A stretch of 64,000 bases of DNA from Podarcis erhardii (lineage: Eukaryota). The stretch lies in NCBI GenBank assembly GCA_964252035.1, contig OZ176205.1; one strand, 5' to 3'. This document shows positions 54,161-64,000 of this stretch, piece after piece. A model generated the notes under the pieces. The model searched no databases, had not been told where the DNA came from, and saw only the letters and a program-made list of their open reading frames with translations. The stretch's first letter is position 1, and the number at the start of each line of letters is the position of its first letter. A program made the position numbers and the translations under genes.

Positions 54161-55320
54161 TTCTATTCAGAAGTAAGTCCTATTAAACACAGTGGGGCTT
54201 ACTCAGATAATTGGGGCTAGGAGTGCAGCCCTGCTCTGCGTTCTGTTCTTTCTGCCTGCTTTCTGCTATTATCCTACAAATTCGTTTTCACAGATGGGGG
54301 GGGGGAGATCCTGCTGATAAGGATAAGATCAGATACTCTTCACATGTGTGCAATTGTGTCTTAGATCCAGCTTGCCTTTTTTTATCCCCTCCACACACAC
54401 ACAAAAGGAACTCCAGCATGGGATGGCAGGATTTCAAAGTGAAAGTGGAACAGCCCCTCTTAAATAAAGCTCCTGTTAAGAATTGTTCCCTTCCAAATGC
54501 TGTGGAACTGGTGCCTTTTTCTGATAAGAGGTGTGATGATGGGTGATTGATCTGTGTTATCTGTCATGTCTGTGTGTGCAGGATGTAGGTCTTTGAGGGA
54601 GCAAAGGATAATTGAATACAGAAAAGGGGGTGTAGGGGGTGCTGGTCTGGTGTGGTAAAGGTCTAGTTTCAGAGCTGGTATCTGAGTTGCTGTTGGAGAG
54701 ATAAGACAGGCCCTGATCCCTGGAAAGGGATGCAGTGCCTAACTTGGATCATTCCCCTCTTGATTCCTGTGTCTGCCCTCCCCAAAGCTCAAGGGACATC
54801 TGCCCTTCTTTCATTTCTGATGTTAAGGGCAGGAGGATATCAGTGCTGGCAAGTGGAAAGCCCTCTCCTTCCTTCTTAATAACCCCTTGTTGAGTGCCAG
54901 CCCTTCATCTCTTTTGTTTTTGTTTTTTTGGCTGGGCTGCTTCTTGCCCATTTGCCAACATTTCTTTATAGGGGGAGATAGAATGTCAGGAGAGTTATTA
55001 GATTGAAAAAGCTCATCTACTTAGACTGGAATCAATGCCATAGTGTAAGCATGCATAGTCATTCTGCAGGTTGTGGGTGATGGGAGTGAGAGGATGGTCA
55101 CCCTTTCCCCATGAAACATGCCCAAAATTTGTGGGGAAGACAGAAGGGGTAGTACTTGCTTGCCTTTAACACACTGTGCTCTTATGAGAGTGTTTGGTGA
55201 GTGCTGCTGGTAGGGAAGGTGTATTTGCTGACCCCTCCATCTTTCCCAAACAGGCTTGGTGCCTGGGCCAGAGCCCCCTACACTGTGCCCCCCTGATGCT
55301 GGCTGGCCTGTGCCCAGAAG

Positions 55321-55630
55321 ATGAGCAGATTGCTGGTGGGAGTGACCCTGGAGAGGATCTGCAAAGCTGTGCTGCTCTTATGTTTACTGCACTTCCTCAT
55401 CATCATGATCCTCTACTTTGATGTCTATGCCCAGCGCCTGGACTTTTTCAGCCGCTTCAATATGCGCAACTCCTCCCGCACTCTGCCCTACGTCAACGTC
55501 TCTCGGCCTAACGGGACCACCGGGCCTCTGGGCCCTGAGCTCCTGGCCCCGAGTGTGAAGTCCGTCAGTATGAACAGCACTGTCACCGAGAAGCCCTTAC
55601 CACCTTGCCCAGAGATGCCTCCTGGCCTAG
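55321..55630 (+). CDS. B4GALT2: B4GALT2 first coding exon (exon spans 55254-55630)
   Basis: acag|gcttgg...aagATG...CTAG|gtaaga. Confidence 0.95.
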
Positions 55631-58600
55631 GTAAGATTACAGATGAGCTCTGTCTGCCTCATGCCGTGTCCTACAGAAGGCCCTTTAGTGGGGAAACTGT
55701 ATTGCAGTTATTGGGTTTATTTGTGCCCTGCTTGCCACCTGCTGTTTCCCTGTCAATGCAAATATGTCAAGTGGCTTTGGCTCCTGATAAAAGGAACTAG
55801 AAGATCTAGGAATCTGCAGAACAGACATGGTATTGCAAATCATAGGCTCCAATAGCCTCTACCATTGGAGCCAATCCTGCAGTGGAAAAACAGTTGGGAA
55901 TATGTGGACAGTATTTGTTGAAAGCTGGCAAACTGAATAGTGTTCTTAGTATATTTACAGTGATCAGATAGCGGATTTTTTTATTTCCTTTTTTGCCATG
56001 GCAACTCCTTGTCTCTTTCCCAGCCCCACTGTACCTAGCTGGTGCCTTTCTGCAAGTGGGCTACAAGTAATTGGGGAAAGGGCTCAGCTTCTGCACAGAC
56101 ACGGCTTAGTAGGGGCTACAAGGGTTAGCTCCTTCTTATGCTGATCTCTTTGAATGAATGCATGAAGTAGACCAGCTTTCACTCACCTGATGCCCTCCAA
56201 ATGTATTGGACTACAACATGGCTGCGGCTGATGAAACGTAGCACAAAAACATCTGGAAAGCACCTGGTTAGTGAAGACCAAAGTAGACCATCTCCTCACC
56301 CTAGGGGGCAAAACATTTAAGGCATAGAGAACTTAATACCCTTATTCCTGACAGGTGAATAAAGAGTTGAAGCATAAGCTTTGGTACAGTGGTACCTCTG
56401 GATGTGAACGGGATCCATTCCGGAGCCCTGTTCGCATCCTGAAGTGAACGCAACCCACGTCTACGCGTGCGCGGGTCGTGATTCGCCACTTCAGCGCATG
56501 CGCGTGATGTCATTTTGACTGTCTGCGCATGTGCGAGTGGCAAAACCTGGGAATAATGGGCTCCGTTACTTCCGGGTCGCTGCAGCGCGCAACCCGAAAA
56601 TACTCATCCCGAAGCTACTTTAACTCAAGGTATGACTGTATTGATATTTAACTGGGGCTAAAACTTTTATTAAACAATGCAATCTGCAACAAGCAACAAC
56701 CTTTCCTGTTAACTCTGAATCACTTAGCTGGGTATTCAGGTTAACTCTGCTTTGACTGTTTGCTGTCTCTATGCTTGATACATGTTTCGGTATTTAGGTT
56801 TCTTTGCTGATTTTTTCTGGGCAGTGCCCCACCAACTTGGCTGGTGAAAGGGACATGAGCTGTTTGTGTAAGTCAAGAGGCTGTGGCTGATGCATAGATA
56901 ATGGAGTCCTTTCTCCTGCAGTGGGCCGGCTCCTTATCGAGTTCAGCACTCCCATGAGCATGGAGCGGGTGCAACGGGAAAACCCAGATGTGCGGGAGGG
57001 CGGCAAGTATTCTCCCCCAGACTGTGTGCCTCGCCAGAAGGTGGCCATCCTCATTCCGTTCCGGCACCGGGAGCACCACCTCAAGTACTGGCTGCACTAC
57101 CTGCACCCGATTCTACGGCGCCAGAAGGTGTCTTACGGCATCTATATAATTAACCAGGTGCGTAGAGAATGATAATGTGAAGCAGTGGTGCAGTTGGGTT
57201 ATTGAGTATTCTGGACTGAATGGTCTCATGGGCATCCCCTTCAGATGGCAATGTGCATTACTTCAAAATATGGTGTTCCAGCCCTGCTGTGCTCCAAAGC
57301 AGAAGGAGTAGGGCCTGGATATCTGACCCAAAGTTCTGTCCTAATGGCACCACTGATGCGGAAGAGAGCAAGATGGTTGGGTTTAGAACATAGTGCCATC
57401 CGGTTCCCTTGAGAGGAACCTGATTAGGGAAAGCGGTATGTTAGTTTTCATGAATATATGCCTCTCTGTTCTGAGTGGAAGCAAAGGCTTCCTGCTTTGT
57501 GGGGGAAGTTGAGTGTGGGCCTTACAATGCACCATGAACTTTGCACCTATGGTAAGTGTGGAATGTGACGTAGATGCTTCTCACTTGCTTCTTGTTTAAA
57601 AAAAAATCAGGCCTGCTCTCTGACATGACAATAAATCTGCAATACAGTTGGTGGGACTTTGCAAGATCTATAAAGGGAGATACAGTGGTACCTCGCAAGA
57701 CGAAATTAATTCGTTCTGCGAGTTTTTTCATCTTGCGATTTTTTCGTCTTGCGAAGCACGGACTTTGGAAAAGCTTCAAAAATCACCAAAGTCTTCAAAA
57801 ACCTCAAAAAAGGCTACCACACCGTGTGCTATGAGTTGCTCCTCGAAGTCAAGTCGCAACTGCACCCCCTGAATGCACGGTTTTAAGAAAAAGGAAACAA
57901 ACTTGCAAGACAAAGGAAACAAACTTGCAAGACATTTTCGTCTTGCGAAGCAAGCCCATAGGGAAATTTGTCTTGCGAAGCAACTCAAAAAACGAAAAAC
58001 TCTTTCGTCTTGCGAGTTTTTCGTCTTACGAGGCATTCGTCTTGCGAGGTACCACTGTATAACAGTTCTAGAAAAAAATAGGAAAACAGTAGAATGTTAT
58101 TCACAATGAAATGTAACAAGAGAGAGGTCAGCCAGATGCATCAGGTAAGAGTAAAAGGGTTGTGGCAGTTGATGGGATCCTGTCCTTCATTATCTTTCCG
58201 TACAGTTTGGTGAAGACACCTTTAACCGAGCTAAGCTGTTGAATGTGGGCTTCCTAGAAGCCCTTCGAGATGATGAGAGCTATGACTGCTTCATCTTCAG
58301 CGATGTTGACCTGGTGCCCATGGATGACCGGAATCTCTATCGCTGTTATGACCAACCCCGGCACTTTGCTGTTGCCATGGATAAGTTTGGCTTCCGGTGA
58401 GTTTGTGCACTTTGATCTTTTTTGAAATGCCAGTGGCCCCTTGAAAATGTTCAGAGTGTCAGAGGCAAAATTGAAGGAGGAATATATGACTTTATTGCAC
58501 ACATAACTTATGTGCTCTCATTCTGTGTGGCTTGGACATTGTGGGGACCTGCAAGCTGTGAAATGTGTTTCTTATCTAGATTGCAGTACAGGAACCTCCC

Positions 58601-61600
58601 CCATTCTTAAGACTACCATGTCACATTTCTTCATAATTTGCAGGGGTTTTGTACTTAAAAGTGGGGATATACAACGGCTTTGGATGAATCCCAAGCCAAA
58701 GCAGGGTGCTTTGCAGGGATTCTGGGATTGTCTGAGACAAAATGGAACCTCTTCAAGGATCCAGAGACAAAGTGGGGCGTTCCCAAAGTGCCTCATGGCA
58801 CCGTGACAACTCTGACAATTGTCTGCTGAAAGCAAAACTAATGTAGCTAACCTTAGTGTATAAGGAAAACACAAGGGGTGTGGAACGGCTGAAGGAGAAC
58901 AAATGCCATGGTAAGGGGGGCGGGATTCTGCTGTGATGTGACTGACAGGTCAAGCTTGTAACCAGAGGGAATGAGTTCACCTGGAGTCTTCAACCCCAGT
59001 GCTTTGTGAGGAGGAAAGGAAATCCTTTTTAGTTCTGTCCCCTGCCTCCCAAGATTAACTTTAAAAGTCCCTAGTTCACAAAAGTTGAACCGATTTGTCT
59101 GCCATTGGCAAGTTTCATACCTAGGGAAACCTCTTTTGTGTCTGGTTTCCGAACAATTGCCCTCAAAAGACATGGGAAGTTTAAGTGGACACTTTTTACT
59201 CATCCCCAAACTGTGAAGGCTGTCATTGTGGGAAAACCAATGAAGCTATCATTCAGAAATTTGACAGGATTCATCTTTCTTGGAGACTCTGATGCCTGCA
59301 ATTTTCATCCAATAGTGGGGGAGGGGGAAAAGTTTCCTTAGAAAAATAACCATAAAATTTCAAAGGTACCTGACAGAAAAAAGCCCCACCCTGGAACTAT
59401 TTGGCTGGCTGAATCCGTTGTGGAGTGGCAAATGTGCCTGCAGATTTTATCCACTGTAAAAAAGGGGAAAGGTGTAGCTTAAAAAACAACAACCCAATAG
59501 TGAACGAGGGGAAATGAAATCTTGTTTTTCCCCAACTCAGACTCAGAAGCACTTGGGACTGAGGCATGTTGTTTTCTGAAGTACTGACTCAAGGTCCAAA
59601 CTGAATCTTCTGTTTGGTGCACACCCTTAATTTAAACTTTGCTGCCTCTTATATGACTAGATGAAATGCTCCAGGAAAGTCCTTGTGATACTACATTATG
59701 GAATAGGCGCTTGCAAAACCTATATGAAGGTGATGTAAACAAGCAGACAGGATCCCCACGTGAATGTTCTGTGTTGCCTATATTCTTACCTGCCAAAGAT
59801 GGCAAAAGGAGATGGAGGAGGTACAGTGTGTATAAAATGGAACCCTGTATTCCAGCTAAGGAGAAGGGAAATGGGAAGGATTTAGGAGAGACCTGATGCA
59901 GTGGGAGCAATGGGTGACATCACATGGCTGATTTGGAAACTGGGATTTAGACTGTGTCAGGTGTAGCTTGGACCACCCAGGTTCTGTGCTCCTGAACCCA
60001 TTCGTGGCTTGACTGATTCCCATCTCTCCTGCTTGTCCTCTGCAGGCTGCCATACTCTGGCTACTTCGGAGGTGTCTCTGGCCTGAGCAAGACACAGTTT
60101 CTGAAGATCAATGGCTTCCCTAACGAGTACTGGGGCTGGGGTGGGGAAGATGACGACATCTTTAACCGGTGCGTGAGAGGCTGGGCCAAGCCTAGCCAGA
60201 ACTTGTTCTCTGCAAGTTGGTTGTAGTAGCCATGTAGTCTGTTTTTCCGTGTGGTGTCTCCTGGGAATGTGCTGAGTGGCAGGGAACAGCATTCTCTTCT
60301 GGGGTGGGGTAGCTGTGCAAATGGCAGGTGGCAATATGCAACACCTGCCTTTCCTATAACAATGCTCCCAAATCTGAGAGAGGAGGACATAGGCAGGTAG
60401 GTATTCCACAGCACATAACAGGCAGGGCCAAATAGAAGGCCTGGGGAGCCAATACTCTGAAAGCCAGAAGGGGTTGGGGGTGCTGAGAACTGGAGGGTGA
60501 GGACTAACTCCAGTTTTATTTAGAGTTTGCCCCCAACCTGTCTGCTGGTCTTTGAGCTGCACTTTTTCTTTACACAGGATCTCGCTTAATGGCATGAAAG
60601 TGTCACGTCCTGATGCCCGCATTGGGCGCTACCGCATGATCAAGCACGAGCGTGACCGACACAACGAGCCCAATCCCCAGCGGTGAGAGCTCCCTACCTA
60701 GTCCATTGCAAGCTACATAAGGAGATAGAAAGCTCCCACAAAATTTCTGCACCATTTCTCTGGGCACATAATGGCTTTCAAGCCTGATTTCCAATGGAAT
60801 ATAGTCTTCCAGACACATCTTCCCTTTTATAGCATACTACTCTACACCTCGTGAGGAGAGAGGGGCCACATTTGTTTGCCTCCCTGTAGAATGTCCATGA
60901 AACAAACCAAGATAGCCTACAAGTCCTTAGCCTTCCCCCAGAGAGTGTTTTCTATTACTGCGTGTGCATTCCTCTCTTTCTGATCTACCCCCAGTTTTAA
61001 TTCCACTCTCTGCCTCTTCTAAGAGACACAGACATGAATCAGAGTCCCAACCATGCACCAGGTGTGTTTGGTTAAATCTATGTTCTGCTAGTTCTAGGCA
61101 AGGAAAGAGAAAGGGATTCCTGTCCTGTGCCCTAACATTTATTGTCTGGAACCAGAGAAAAGCCACAGCTGGCATGGTTTCAGAGCAATACACTAAACCT
61201 TATTTCATGAGACCCTGACATTCCACTTGAGAAGGTTGTGTGGTGGTAGTAATCACCTATCATGAGAACTAAATGCAGTCACCATCCATGGCCCTCCAGG
61301 ATCCTATGACGCCATCACACTTTGCAACCTTGCTATATCATTTGACAGGGACTGTTGTTTTACAGCTGAGCTCTGGGTGGAGAAGCTCACTCTGTTACTT
61401 GGGACTTTCAACCTGGAAGGGCTGTGCATGGTGATTGTCCATTCATGTGTTCAGAAAACACAATTTCATTTCGGAAGTCCCAGTGCTTTGTATGCTGGAA
61501 ATCTGACATAAGAAATTGCTTTATTGTGCATGGATAATGCCACATAAGGCTCTTCCCAAAATCCTTCCAAGTGGCCTGAGCTGTCATTAGACTCTCTATT

Positions 61601-61990
61601 CCAGGCTTCCTCAAACTCAGCCCTACAGATGTTTTTGGCCTACAACTCCCATGATCCCTAGCTAGCAGGACCAGTGGTCAGGGATGATGGGAATTGTAGT
61701 CTCGAAACATCTGGAGGGCCGAGGTTGAGGAAGCCTGCTCTATTCCATTCATCAAGGAATGGCTTGTAGGTTTAACTTGAATTAACCTAACTGCCTACTT
61801 TCATGTGTAAGATGACTTTCTCTCTGGTTCTCCTGGCAGGTTCACCAAAATCCAGAATACCAAGGTGACCATGAAACGCGATGGCATTGGCTCGCTTCAG
61901 TACCGCCTGGTGGAGGTGGTTCGTCGTCCCATGTACACCAATGTAACCGTGGAGATTGGCCGCCCACCACCACGCCCCCCTCGGGGCTGA
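55321..61990 (+). CDS. B4GALT2: Beta-1,4-galactosyltransferase 2, complete, 371 aa
   Basis: join(55321-55630,56922-57157,58206-58396,60046-60168,60578-60682,61840-61990) = 1116 nt, open, GT-AG. N-terminal TM MSRLLVGVTLERICKAVLLLCLLHF; GT7 motifs IPFR, FNRAKLLNVG, SDVD (DXD), YFGGVS, WGWGGEDDD; ends PPRPPRG*. Confidence 0.97.
56387..56638. mobile_element. Tigger-like MITE, 252 bp, CpG-rich
   Basis: TA|CAGTGGTACCTC...AAGGTATGACTG|TA. Confidence 0.85.
56922..57157 (+). CDS. B4GALT2: B4GALT2 exon (GRLLIEF...IYIINQ)
   Basis: gcag|TG...CAG|gtgcgt, 236 nt. Confidence 0.96.
57683..58057. mobile_element. Tc1/mariner (Tigger/pogo-like) MITE, 375 bp
   Basis: TA|CAGTGGTACCTCGCAAGACG...CGTCTTGCGAGGTACCACTG|TA; perfect TIRs. 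Confidence 0.92.
58206..58396 (+). CDS. B4GALT2: B4GALT2 exon (FGEDTFNRAK...DKFGF)
   Basis: acag|TTT...CG|gtgagt, 191 nt. Confidence 0.96.
60046..60168 (+). CDS. B4GALT2: B4GALT2 exon (LPYSGYFGG...EDDDIFN)
   Basis: gcag|G...CG|gtgcgt, 123 nt. Confidence 0.96.
60578..60682 (+). CDS. B4GALT2: B4GALT2 exon (ISLNGMKV...EPNPQ)
   Basis: acag|G...CG|gtgaga, 105 nt. Confidence 0.96.
61602..61737. mobile_element. Palindromic hAT MITE, 136 bp
   Basis: caggcttcctcaa...ttgaggaagcctg; perfect TSD CTCTATTC; related to 23271-23406 in the opposite orientation. Confidence 0.9.
61840..61990 (+). CDS. B4GALT2: B4GALT2 last coding exon (FTKIQNTK...PPRG*)
   Basis: gcag|G...TGA, 151 nt. Confidence 0.96.
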
Positions 61991-63366
61991 CCCTTTGCTG
62001 CCTGGCTCTGCCCATGGCCCATGCATGAGGAGCTGTGCGGATCCCAGCCCTGACTGGTTCAGAGGACTGTGTCCTGGCTTGGAGGAGCTGTCTGCCTCCT
62101 TTGTGGGGATGCGGGAAAGGCCAAGACTACACCTTCGCCTTGCCCCAGCCTTTGGCTGAAGCCCACCTCCTGATCACTAGTCAGTTCTCCACAGTGCCCT
62201 TCACAGGTTGGGGAGGAAGTGTGAGTGTGTCATGGTGCCTGGCGCAGCGCTTAGGGGTCCTGGGCACAGCCAAGCCCCACTCCTGGCTGGAAGGCACTGA
62301 GAGCAGAGAAACCTTGTGCAGGTTCTTGAACCTCCCTATCCTCTCCCAGAACTTTTCACAAAGCGGCATCCCTTAAGGATCCCGGAAGTACAGTACAGGT
62401 AGTTGTTTTCCTTTCCTCTCAGTGTGCAAGAGTGCCGTTTGAGCCTTCCTTCCAGGGGGTGGCCTGGCCTTACGACAAATGCCAGCTCACAAGGTGTCCA
62501 GGTGGTTCACTCGTGCCCAGCTGAGGAGAAGCTCTTCCAAAGGAGAAGCTCTCATGGGCCTGGCCACTGCCCACCTCCATTCATGGCTTGGTGCTGTCCC
62601 CCTGCTGGGCCCTGGGTGTCACTTCTGGCTCCAGTAACACAGGGGTGTTTTATACAAAACCCTCATTAGAATACTTGAGTGCTTCCTGGGTTAGTGTGAC
62701 AGGTAGCCTGTCTGTCAAGGGACAACAGGTCATTCTTCCTAGCAGTGTTTGCTCTTCTGTCTGTGAATGGGGAATATTGGTTGGGCAGTGTGTGCTTCAT
62801 TTCTCAGCAAGGGTGGAATCAAAATGGCATGGTTCGGCCTACTCTCTGGTGTGGGCTAGCTCCTCTTTTTTACAGGCACCGATGGGCCTATGGCCATGGC
62901 TACAGAACAGAGGAAGGTGAAGTTGGCTTCTTGCTGCCTGTCCCCTACCTCTCACCTCCAACCCACTTACCCCATACCAACCCTCACTCACCAATCAACC
63001 TTCCCGCCATCTGCCAGGCAACCTGCCGTTGACCACTCATCGTGCCCTCTTTGTCAAGCTGCCATCTGCCACCACCTGAGGCCAGGCCCCTGGGTCCGAC
63101 CGTCTGCTCATGACACATGGTGGCCGTGTGCCTAATTCCTGGAGCTAGGAAGCTGCTGGTGTCCCTCATCTCTGGTTATGGTGCCTGGCAGGTAGAATCT
63201 CCTGCGCCGGTCCACTTTGGGATGGCAGCTGGGCCAGGCTTGAAGCCAGGCACCAGCGTGTTGCACAGCCCAGGTGTTGGTGACTTTTGTACATTTGAAT
63301 GTTTTGATCCCTTTTCAAGCCTATGGTGAATGCAGCACTGGTCACTACGATCAGACTTTTGTATTC

Positions 63367-63372
63367 AATAAA
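63367..63372 (+). terminator. B4GALT2 polyadenylation signal AATAAA
   Basis: AATAAA about 1.4 kb after the stop; first canonical hexamer I found in the 3' UTR. Confidence 0.65.
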
Positions 63373-63734
63373 GTTTCAAAACTTGGGAGACTCCTTGCCT
63401 ATGGGATTCAGGTGGGGTCTGTGGATAGAGGCAACACTGCAGGTTTATGCAATCTATCTTGGCAAGGTACAAAATTAAGAATTAAATTAGTTTCCAAATG
63501 AATGGCACCTCATTGTGCTTCCCCAACATGTTTGTTTAAAGCAGGGACTGGGTTTTCTGGCCCAGGAAACTCTGGGCGTAGTTACTCAGCCCAGAAGACG
63601 AGAGAACTATTCTACAAGGTTCTTTTATTGATGCTCACACACAGAGAAAAACTGTTAAATAGTAGCAAAAGATGCTATGTTTAGTTGAAGCTGGAGTGGG
63701 AATGTGGTGGTGGTTGGTGGGTGATTCCCTAAAT

Positions 63735-63857
63735 CATATGGGGAACCTCTAGCTCTCAAGATGTGGCTAAATTATTCCTAACCATTAGCCACGCTGGCTA
63801 CAGCTGATGGGAGCTGGGAGTCCAACTATATCTGAATGGCCACAGGTTGCCCACCCA
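63735..63857. mobile_element. Degenerate hAT MITE
   Basis: TSD CCCTAAAT/TCCTAAAT; ggggaacct...caggttgcccacc ends. Confidence 0.6.
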
Positions 63858-64000
63858 TCCTAAATAAAATGGGCTTTCTCATATGAGCTACTCCCCTGTG
63901 TAATAACTCTAGACATTGTCAAGGGAAAGGGGGTAGATCTGGAAAGGGGTCTGCGACTGGCAATTGCTTATGTGTATGGTTGAAGGAGTTGGGCCAGGGC

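Noticed and set aside
57683-58057. Short repeated GTCTTGCGA units that look a little like an array
   Set aside because: Irregular spacing, inside TIRs with a TA TSD, in eukaryotic DNA; not CRISPR.

Overview
Vertebrate genomic DNA, not prokaryotic. The repeats (Sauria SINE, squamate L2/CR1/L1, Tigger-like and hAT MITEs) point to a squamate, probably a lacertid lizard (inference). It holds the conserved IPO13-DPH2-ATP6V0B-B4GALT2 block. I rebuilt each gene exon by exon; all introns are GT-AG and all frames are continuous. IPO13: last 12 coding exons (+, 277-12151). DPH2: complete (-, 22928-17756, 475 aa). ATP6V0B: complete (+, 23997-40488, 205 aa). B4GALT2: complete (+, 55321-61990, 371 aa). 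DPH2 lies head-to-head with ATP6V0B across one CpG island with four CCAAT boxes and a CLEAR-type E-box, whereas I recall the human and mouse genes being co-oriented. DPH2 also appears to have a non-coding first exon. Other points of interest: candidate uORFs, a young L2 retrotransposon whose tail makes an AATAAA just downstream of ATP6V0B exon 7, a MITE carrying NRF1/ETS motifs, and a possible local templated insertion. I see no new gene family or novel molecular system. The leads are regulatory and evolutionary hypotheses. Most of the six-frame ORFs are spurious.
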